Below are positions 55,401-64,000 of a stretch of DNA of 64,000 bases, piece after piece. The translations under genes and the position numbers were made by a program. Each line of letters begins with the position of its first letter. Position 1 is the first letter of the stretch. The stretch comes from Tubiluchus corallicola (lineage: Eukaryota > Animalia > Priapulida): positions 27,812-91,811 of the forward strand of contig JAQGDQ010000820.1 of NCBI GenBank assembly GCA_030141605.1. The letters are read 5' to 3'. The notes under the pieces were generated by a model. The model ran no database searches. It saw nothing but the letters and a program-made list of their open reading frames with translations, and had not been told where the DNA came from.

Positions 55401-57163
55401 AATGGCAAAACTCATTGAATTCAGATCGCGGTAGCGGAACCAGAATCTATCGCATTATCAAAGATAATAATCTAAGTTGGGACACTGAACAACCCATTTA
55501 AATTACTTTTCCTTATGAATAAGATCATCCTGTTTTAAGTGAATCACTGGTGCATACTGGGATAGCAATGCGAATATTTTTAATTTGTGAGAATTTTTTT
55601 CTAATCAAGGGCATACCAAGATTTTACAACGCCCTAGGCTGATAATTATGCCCCGCCCATCTCTATTGTGAATTTATGGTTTCTTATGTAATGCACACGT
55701 TAAATTACTTGTGGTGTATTAGAAAGACTATTAACCTAATTTCTACGTAGTCATTATTAATTACATGTATTTGCATAGCGCTTATATTTAAGCAGATTGC
55801 TCAACTGTTTGTTGCATAACACCTTGCACCTGTTCGTTATGTGGCACTTATATAATAGCTGCGCTCAGTAACTGCCTGTGGTGTGCTATAAAACGTGCCC
55901 TTTACATGAATATAAAAGTATACACATTTTCCGAGGAGAATAAGAGTCTTTTCTAAAATGTGGCGCCCCTCAAACTAGTTAGGCTATAGTGGCGCCCCTC
56001 AAACTAGTTAGTCTATAGTGGCGCCCCTCAAAGTAGTTAGGCTATAGTGGCGCCCCTCAAAGTAGTTAGTCTATAGTGGCGCCCCTCAAACTAGTTAGTC
56101 TATAGTGGCGCCCCTCAAACTAGTTAGGCTATAGTGGCGCCCCTCAAACTAGTTAGGCTATAGTGGCGCCCCTCAAAGTAGTTAGTCTATAGTGGCGCCC
56201 CTCAAACTAGTTAGTCTATAGTGGCGCCCCTCAAACTAATTAGGCTATAGTGGCGCCCCTCAAACTAGTTAGGCTATAGTGGCGCCCCTCAAAGTAGTTA
56301 GTCTATAGTGGCGCCCCTCAAAGTAGTTAGGCTATAGTGGCGCCCCTCAAACTAGTTAGTCTATAGTGGCGCCCCTCAAACTAGTTAGGCTATAGTGGCG
56401 CCCCTCAAACTAATTAGGCTATAGTGGCGCCCCTCAAACTAGTTAGGCTATAGTGGCGCCCCTCAAAGTAGTTAGGCTATAGTGGCGCCCCTCAAACTAG
56501 TTAGTCTATAGTGGCGCCCCTCAAACTAGTTAGGCTATAGTGGCGCCCCTCAAACTAATTAGGCTATAGTGGCGCCCCTCAAACTAGTTAGGCTATAGTG
56601 GCGCCCCTCAAACTAGTTAGGCTATAGTGGCGCCCCTCAAACTAATTAGGCTATAGTGGCGCCCCTCAAACTAGTTAGGCTATAGTGGCGCCCCTCAAAC
56701 TAGTTAGGCTATAGAGGCGCCCCTCAAACTAGTTAGGCTATAGTGGCGCCCCTCAAACTAGTTAGCCTATAGTGGCGCCCCTACTTAGCCTATTGATTAA
56801 TACGCCCCTGTTTCTAGTTACGTCTTTCAGATGGATAAGCGTAATGGTACGTAATACAACTTTGTATAGAAAGTTCTTTGGGACTTTTTTCATGCTTTGA
56901 AAATTGCCTTTTCTATCTCGTCAACAGTCAACCATGTTCACAGGAAGCCCAGTAATCATCCAATTGCCTAACTCTGTGCCAAGACGTTCTTGACCTCCGC
57001 GTGCAGACTAGGAAGCCATGTTTACTCATCCATGATTACATATCATTCTCATTACACGGGCAGAGTGCTTTCTAATGGTTTTAAGTGTGATCGTAGTCCT
57101 GCTTACAGGCACTTCGTTCAGCCTGACCAGCCTGTCTTTCTCTCTCGTACTCGCTGAAGCCAT
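29073..57163 (-). CDS. Two-PDZ-domain protein related to MPDZ/PATJ (PDZ10-11-like tandem), 349 aa, 10 coding exons
   Basis: Exons on the minus strand: 57163-57107, 54652-54577, 42923-42823, 40940-40857, 39893-39767, 37782-37704, 34665-34635, 32203-32090, 30685-30489 and 29256-29073. All introns are GT-AG and phase-consistent, total 1050 nt. PDZ1: [58 protein letters not shown]...[11 protein letters not shown]2: [25 protein letters not shown]...[15 protein letters not shown]...VVLLLGR. The first two exons and the last exon are less certain than the PDZ exons. Confidence 0.85.
29480..30195. repeat. (GAT/GAC)n trinucleotide tract in the last intron of the PDZ gene
   Basis: Directly visible, with an internal 150-bp duplication. 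Confidence 0.95.
31090..31690. repeat. (TAGG)n microsatellite grading into a ~66-bp x4 minisatellite
   Basis: Directly visible; intronic. Confidence 0.92.
33494..34075 (-). mobile_element. Kolobok-like MITE copy
   Basis: Reverse complement of the 59049-60190 family. Confidence 0.7.
35720..36355. repeat. 114-bp tandem repeat, ~5.5 copies
   Basis: The unit contains CTACTAAACGCTTCAGCGCATCACTGCCAGGTTTCTGTGGTAGCATAGAAAACAACG; intronic. Confidence 0.92.
40120..40735. repeat. CCA/CTG-rich low-complexity tract
   Basis: Degenerate trinucleotide repeats; intronic. Confidence 0.85.
41380..42760. repeat. 39-bp minisatellite, ~34 copies
   Basis: Unit GGACACTGGAATCCAGATGCCAGACACCGGAAGCTAGAC plus variants, filling most of the intron between the first two PDZ1 exons. 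Confidence 0.95.
43090..43660. repeat. (GAAT)n/(CAAT)n tetranucleotide tract
   Basis: Directly visible. Confidence 0.9.
44183..45460. repeat. 91-bp satellite, ~14 copies
   Basis: Unit GAGGGTTTAGTTACTGAGGGTGTTGGAGAGGAGCGTGAGGAAGCCAACGTGACGGTATGGGAAGTCAGGTTGAGCTATAGAAAGGGAGGTT. Confidence 0.95.
45488..47135. repeat. 20-21-bp G-rich minisatellite
   Basis: Unit GGAAGGCAGGCTGGGGGTACA and variants. Confidence 0.95.
47488..48060. repeat. Pyrimidine-rich (CCT/CTT) low-complexity tract
   Basis: Directly visible. Confidence 0.9.
48316..48917 (-). mobile_element. Kolobok-like MITE copy
   Basis: Near-full reverse-complement copy of 59049-60190, without the nested hAT insert. Confidence 0.75.
48972..50537. 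repeat. 28-bp minisatellite, ~56 copies
   Basis: Unit GACTCAATGAAGCCATTACGACTACCAT. Confidence 0.97.
51332..52675. mobile_element. Foldback-type MITE with long imperfect inverted arms, TTAA-flanked on the left
   Basis: For example TTTTCTTGCCTATAAAAGTTAGCA (~51392) pairs with TGCTAATTTTTATAGGCAAGAAAA (~52128), and GCTTACGTCACAAA pairs with TTTGTGACGTAAGC. Interrupted by a hAT MITE. Confidence 0.7.
52210..52648. mobile_element. hAT-like MITE with internal TTCGAA-rich repeats
   Basis: TIR TAGGGGTGAGCAT / ATGCTCACCCCTA; 8-bp TSD CTAATCAA/GTAATCAA. Confidence 0.8.
55606..56810. mobile_element. hAT-like MITE carrying a 29-bp tandem array
   Basis: TIR CAAGGGCATA / TACGCCCCTG; TSD TTTCTAAT/TTTCTAGT. 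Confidence 0.65.
55960..56782. repeat. 29-bp minisatellite, ~28 copies
   Basis: Unit GTGGCGCCCCTCAAACTAGTTAGGCTATA. Confidence 0.96.
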
Positions 57164-57309
57164 GTACGTGTATTGAATTGTTAATGGAATGCAATCGCGC
57201 GTCAGGCAGGGCTTCTTCATTCACTGTTAACTAGCACGACGACATTATCGTCAGTTATTTCATTAAAATGTTAACTAGGCAATGGCGATCAAAGCCTGTA
57301 ACTCGTACA

Positions 57310-58400
57310 TGCTCTACAGGGATGGTGGGGGATACGATCTAGCATTGTTTCACTTGCTGTGCTCTACAGGGAATGCGGGATGCGATCTAGCATTGTTTCA
57401 CTTGTTGTACTCTACAGGGAATAGTGGGGGATACGATCTAGCTTTGTTTCACTTTCTGTGCTCTACAGAGAAAGTGGGGGATACGATCTAGCATCGTTTC
57501 ACTTGTTGTGCTCTACAGGGATGGTGGGGGATACGGTCTAGCTTTGTTTCACTTTCTGTGCTCTACAGAGAAAGTGGGGGATACGGTCTAGCATTGTTTC
57601 ACTTGCTGTACTCTACAGGGAATGCGGGATGCGATCTAGCATTGTTTCACTTGCTGTACTCTACACAGTCTACAGGGAATGGTGGGGGATACGATCTAGC
57701 TTTGTTTCACTTTCTGTGCTCTACAGAGAAAGTGGGGGATACGATCTAGCATTGTTTCACTTGACGTGCTCTACAGGGATGGTGGGGGATACGATCTAGC
57801 ATTGTCTCACTTGACGTGCTCTACAGGGAATGGGGGATTCGATCTAGCATTGTTTCACTTGACGTGCTCTACAGGGATGGTGGGGGATTCGATCTGGCAT
57901 TGTTTCACTTGCTGCGCTCTACAGAGAAAGTGGGGGATACGATCTAGCATTGTTTCACTTGACGTGCTCTACAGGGATGGTGGGGGATACGATCTACCAT
58001 TGTTTCACTTGACGTGCTCCACAGGGATGGTAGGGGATACGATCTAGCACTGTTTCACTTGACGTGCTCTACAGGGAACGGGGGGATACGATCTAGCACT
58101 GTTTCACTTGACGTGCTCTACAGGGAATGAGGGATACGATCTAGCATTGTTTCACTTGCTGCGCTCTATGCGGAATTGGGGTTACGATCTAGCATTGTTT
58201 CACTTGCTATGCTCTACAGGGAAGGTGGGGGATACGATCTAGCATTGTTTCACTTGACGTACTCTACAGGAAATGGGGGATACGATCTAGCATTGTTTCA
58301 CTTGCTGTGCACCACAGGAAATGGGGGATACGATCTAACATTGTTTCACTAGACGTGCTCTACGGGGAATGGGGGATTCGATCTAGCATTATTTCACTTC
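57310..58400. repeat. ~46-49-bp minisatellite, ~22 copies
   Basis: Unit GCTCTACAGGGATGGTGGGGGATACGATCTAGCATTGTTTCACTTGACGT and variants, just upstream of the first coding exon of the PDZ gene. Confidence 0.93.
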
Positions 58401-58418
58401 AAAAGGTCCAGCCAGGAC

Positions 58419-59027
58419 CAGTGGCGGCTCGTGTATATGTACTGTGGTACAGCATCACCCCGTTTTCACTCAATCTTTTAGATAATATTCAATATAATGT
58501 CTTTTTTCTTTAGTTTTTTTTTATACTTGCGCAGAACCGGAGCACGTGAGAGAAGTACTGTTTGCTTCACAGCTCAAGCAACGTGGTGTTTGGTTGTTGT
58601 GCGCATGCGGCCATGCGCACATGTCTAAGATAGCACGCTGAATGCTGGCATCTGCTGTTAGGTAGAGAAAGTACTGTCCCTATCACCGCAACAATCGCCA
58701 CGTGCTTACCGTGCACCGTCATATTCTTGGATGTGTTAAAGTGTAAACCTAGCGTGTGTGCTTGATAGTGGACGCTTTGCATCCCCAAGAAATAAGTTCT
58801 GTGACTGTAAAAGAACTACAACAGCTTAATTTTTCACAGTTGTCTCTCCACGAGAAAGTTTAAGTTAAGAAAAGAGGTTGTTCAACACATGATGTTCTAA
58901 TATAATTACAACATTGAAATTACGTATGTTTGTTACGTTTTGCATATAATTTAAACAATGGCCTCAAATTCCCCCCCCCTCCCCACACACACACACACAC
59001 ACCAATTTTAGCTACGAGCCGCCACTT
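58419..59027. mobile_element. hAT-like MITE
   Basis: TIR CAGTGGCGGCTCGT / ACGAGCCGCCACTT; TSD GCCAGGAC/GTCAGGAC. Confidence 0.8.
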
Positions 59028-59048
59028 GTCAGGACGTAAACTGTTTAA

Positions 59049-60190
59049 AGCAAAACTGGACCCCAATCTTAAACTGAAGGTCAAAACAATCTACTCTTTA
59101 AAATATTGAAAGGAAACATACTATTATTTTTTCAAAAATGACTTACGTGAAAGAATTATTACCTCACAAACACAATTTCACGTTCGCGCCACTAGTTCTT
59201 CACTGTTACATGTTACATGCATTTCGTTAGTTAGACGGGCACTAGCAACTGCATTTCGGAAACTCACTGCACAAAAAACAGGCGCTGGTTGTATCTCTCA
59301 GTTCAGATGTGTTAGTTTGTGACGAACTACACACGTTCGACAGCTCATGCGTGAGCACAGTGGTAAATTTGAAATTTGAATTTTTATCTTAAAACTTGCC
59401 TAGTTTTAGTACAACACACTGAATATCTTACAGTAGCACTGTACTTCAATTTTCACTTTCGCTAACATGTGCAACACGCTCATGGAATATTTGTGCTATA
59501 GAAAATTATGTTAGTTTGTGATTTCATCAATAGTTGATTAATTAACTAGTGCCGTTAATTAGGTTTTTAATCAGTTATTTAATTATCAGATTTGCCTTTG
59601 CAGTATTATCTGTGTTAAAATGTTTACTTTTTACCAGATTCAGATATGAGAATGACAAATTGCAAAAAACTCTGAAACAGGGCGGAGGGTTGGGGGCCCG
59701 CGTAGGCCCCCGTGGGGGTTCAAGGGGTGAAGCAACAAATTGTAATTTTGTGACCATAGAGAACCTCTAAGTGGACTTAATATATCAATTACCTTGTTTC
59801 ATGCATAATTTAAAATACCCAACTATCAAGGATACATGATACCTAATTGTCTCAAAAACGCCTAAGTACTGGCCTCTCCTATGCAAAAGTATATAAAAAC
59901 TGTCTGCAATTGACTCAAATAACTCTGCACAATTGATTGTACATTTTTATACATAGAGATATACACGTGGTTACACCGATGTACGTGACGTAAACAAAGT
60001 GACGGCCTGCCACCTAGCGGTCAGTTTGTGAAACACTGGGTCCGTAAAAATTTTCTCAACGAATTTACGCGATTTACAAAAATGGCACTACCGGTCTTCC
60101 AAAAACTCGGAATTCAGCGTATCCGCCGAAAAGTCTCATCCCTGCAGATTTGAGAACTGGGTAGCAGATGAAAAATCAGCCTATCTTTCT
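59049..60190 (+). mobile_element. Kolobok-like non-autonomous element, TTAA-flanked, with a nested hAT MITE
   Basis: Ends TTAA-AG...CT-TTAA. At least six copies or fragments of the family occur in the window. Confidence 0.72.
59641..60144. mobile_element. hAT-like MITE, inverted copy of 5528-6027
   Basis: Full-length reverse-complement similarity. Flanked by duplicated CAGATT. Confidence 0.85.
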
Positions 60191-61002
60191 TTAAAACGTT
60201 GGTAGTTTAGACTTGGCTTCGTTCAATTAGTTGCGCGTTTTGCTCGAAGAACGTCAATTTGCTGAACAGAAACGTTTTGAAAGCAAAAACGAGCTTAACG
60301 ACTGAAATCCGGTCTGAATAAAGAGATTTGTCAAATGAAATTCAAGTCAATTATTCAAATCGAATCTTGTTAAACGAAAGCAGGCTGATTATCCACATCA
60401 CGTTCACTATCTTCAAGTATGACTTCAAGTATGATAAAGTATACATTTTAGCACCAATAATAATGCTAAAGCACTTCTGATAATCAAATAATAGATTACA
60501 AACTTAGTTAACGAGCGAGGAGTCCAGCTGTTAATGACGTCACAACCGAACATGTTTTTCTACAGCACATCTCACGAGCGTGTTGCACGTATCTACGAAA
60601 AGGGAATAGTGCTACTGTACAACATTTTAGTGTGATATTCAAAAGTTTAAAATTCAAATTTCAAGTTACAAGAGTCTTCACACGAGTTCTCGAACGTGTG
60701 CAGTGCGTCACAACCGAACACCTCTGAACTGAGAGGTACGGCACGTGTTTTTGGGCAACGCGGTTCCGAGATACAGCCGCTAGTGCCCATCTAACTAGTG
60801 AATGGCAAAATAACATAGAACCAGCCCCGCGATCGTGCAATTACGTTTTTTTGGGAAAAATTCTTGCACATTCCAAAAAAAAGTAATGATTACTGCTGTA
60901 ACATTTACTGTATGTCTTTCTGGATTAATTATAGTAATGGTGTGATAAATAGACAGCTTATTGCATACAACAATGGTATCAGAAAACCGTTTCACTTAAA
61001 GT

Positions 61003-64000
61003 ATGATTGTAGTGCTTCTGGCATGTGTGTAAACCTATCTACGATTGCAGTGCTTCTGGCATGTGTGCAAACCTATCTACGATTGCAGTGCTTCTGACAT
61101 GTGTGTAAACCTATCTACGATTGCAGTGCTTCTGGCATGTGTGTAAACCTATCTACGATTGTAGTGCTTCTGGCATGTGTGTAAACCTATCTACGATTGC
61201 AGTGCTTCTGGCATGTGTGTAAACCTATCTTCGATTGCAGTACCTCTGGCATGTGTGTAAACCTATCTTCGATTGCAGTACCTCTGGCATGTGTGTAAAC
61301 CTACCTACGATTGCAGTGTTTCTGGCATGTGTGTAAACCTATCTTCGATTGCAGTACCTCTGGCATGTGTGTAAACCTATCTACGATTGCAGTGTTTCTG
61401 GCATGTGTGCAAACCTATCTACGATTGCAGTACTTCTGGCATGTGTGTAAACCTATCTACGATTGCAGTACTTCTGGCATGTGTGTAAACCTATCTACGA
61501 TTGCAGTGCTTCTGGCATGTGTGTAAACCTATCTACGATTGCAGTGCTTCTGACATGTGTGTAAACCTATCTACGATTGCAGTGCTTCTGGCATGTGTGT
61601 AAACCTATCTACGATTGCAGTGCTTCTGACATGTGTGTAAACCTATCTACGATTGCAGTGCTTCTGGCATGTGTGTAAACCTATCTACGATTGCAGTGCT
61701 TCTGGCATGTGTGTAAACCTATCTACGATTGCAGTGCTTCTGGCATGTGTGTAAATCTATCTACGATTGCAGTGCTTCTGGCATGTGTGTAAACCTATCT
61801 ACGACTGCAGTACTTCTGACATGTGTGTAAACCTATCTACGATTGCAGTGCTTCTGACATGTGTGTAAACCTATCTACGATTGCAGTGCTTCTGGCATGT
61901 GTGTAAACCTATCTACGATTGCAGTGCTTCTGGCATGTGTGTAAACCTATCTACGATTGCAGTGCTTCTGGCATGTGTGTAAACCTATCTACGATTGCAG
62001 TGCTTCTAGCATGTGTGTAAACCTATCTACGATTGCAGTGCTTCTGGCATGTGTGTAAACCTATCTACGATTGCAGTGCTTCTGGCATGTGTGTAAACCT
62101 ATCTACGATTGCAGTGCTTCTGGCATGTGTGTTAACCTATCTACGACTGCAGTGCTTCTGGCATGTGTGTAAACCTATCTACGATTGCAGTGCTTCTGGC
62201 ATGTGTGTAAACCTATCTACGATTGTAGTGCTTCTGGCATGTGTGTAAACCTATCTACGATTGTAGTGCTTCTGGCATGTGTGTAAACCTACCTACGATT
62301 GTAGTGCTTCTGGCATGTGTGTAAACCTATCTACGATTGTAGTGCTTCTGCATGTGTGTAAACCTATCTGCAATTCCAGTGCTTCTGGCATGTGTGTAAA
62401 TCTATCTACGACTGCAGTGCTTCTGGCATGTGTGTAAACCTATCTACGATTGTAGTGCTTCTGGCATGTGTGTAAACCTATCTACGATTGCAGTGCATCT
62501 AGCATGTATGTAAACCTATCTACGATTCAGTGCTTCTGACGTGTGTAAGCCTATCTACGATTGCAGTGCTTCTGGCATGTGTGTAAACCTATCTACGATT
62601 GCAGTGTTTCTGGCATGTGTGTAAACCTATCTACGATTGTAGTGCTTCTGACATGTGTGTAAACCTATCTACGATTGCAGTGCTTCTGGCATGTGTGTAA
62701 ACCTATCTACGATTGCTGTGTTTATGACATGTGTGCAAACCTATCTACGATTGCTGTGTTTCTGGCATGTGTGCAAACCTATCTACGATTGCAGTGCTTC
62801 TGACATGTGTGTAAACCTATGTACGATTGTAGTGCTTCTGGCATGTGTGTAAACCTATCTACGATTGCAGTGCTTCTGGCATGTGTGCAAACCTATCTAC
62901 GATTCAGTGCTTCTGACATGTGTGTAAGCCTATCTACGATTGCAGTGCTTCTGGCATGTGTGTAAACCTATCTACGATTGCAGTGTTTCTGGCATGTGTG
63001 TAAACCTATCTACGATTGTAGTGCTTCTGACATGTGTGTAAACCTATCTACGATTGCAGTGCTTCTGGCATGTGTGTAAACCTATCTACGATTGCTGTGT
63101 TTATGACATGTGTGCAAACCTATCTACGATTGCTGTGTTTCTGGCATGTGTGCAAACCTATCTACGATTGCAGTGCTTCTGGCATGTGTGTAAACCTATC
63201 TACGATTGCAGTGCTTCTGACATGTGTGTAAACCTATCTACGATTGCAGTGCTTCTGGCAAGTGTGTAAATCTATCTACGATTGCAGTGTTTCTGGCAAG
63301 TGTGTAAACCTATCTACGATTGCAGTGCTTCTGGCATGTGTGTAAACCTATCTACGATTGCTGTGTTTATGACATGTGTGCAAACCTATCTACGATTGCT
63401 GTGTTTATGACATGTGTGTAAACCTATCTACGATTGCTGTGCTTCTGGCATGTGTGTAAACCTATCTACGATTGCAGTGCTTCTGGCATGTGTGTAAACC
63501 TATCTACGATTGCTGTGTTTATGACATGTGTGTAAACCTATCTACGATTGCTGTGTTTATGACATGTGTGTAAACCTATCTACGACTGCAGTACTTCTGA
63601 CATGTGTGTAAACCTATCTACGATTGCTGTGTTTATGACATGTGTGTAAACCTATCTACGATTGTAGTGCTTCTGGCATGTGTGTAAACCTATCTACGAT
63701 TGCTGCGTTTATGACATGTGTGTAAACCTATCTACGATTGTAGTGCTTCTGGCATGTGTATAAACCTATCTACGATTGCTGTGCTTCTGACATGTGTGTA
63801 AACCTATCTACGACTGCAGTACTTCTGACATGTGTGTAAACCTATCTACGATTGCAGTACTTCTGGCATGTGTGTAAACCTATCTGCGATTGCAGTACTT
63901 CTGGCATGTGTGTAAACCTATCTGCGATTGCAGTGCTTCTGACATGTGTGTAAACCTATCTACGATTGCAGTGCTTCTGGCATGTGTGTAAACCTATCTA
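61003..64000. repeat. 38-bp satellite, about 79 copies, running off the window
   Basis: Unit GTGTGTAAACCTATCTACGATTGCAGTGCTTCTGGCAT. Confidence 0.97.

Overview
AT-rich, repeat-laden genomic DNA from an invertebrate animal. The 5S-derived sequences look lophotrochozoan- or cnidarian-like, but the taxon cannot be fixed from this window. Four protein-coding genes can be reconstructed. (1) An intronless 1085-aa ORF (8657-11914, +) joins two DZANK1-like modules to eight annexin repeats. (2) A three-coding-exon MRPL55 (14117-16016, +) that the ORF track misses. (3) An intronless DNAJC17 starting exactly 100 bp after the MRPL55 stop, which suggests a bicistronic, operon-like or shared-exon arrangement. 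(4) A 10-exon minus-strand gene (57163-29073, 349 aa) for a short two-PDZ protein resembling MPDZ/PATJ PDZ10-11. Its stop-codon region is the end monomer of a 4.7-kb 61-bp satellite. The remainder is decayed LINEs (CR1/L2-like, CRE-like), 5S-derived SINE-like pieces, Helitron-like elements, hAT- and Kolobok-like MITEs (several nested) and more than a dozen tandem arrays, two of which carry a CRE or AP-1 site in most monomers. Family assignments rest on motif recognition from memory, not on database searches.
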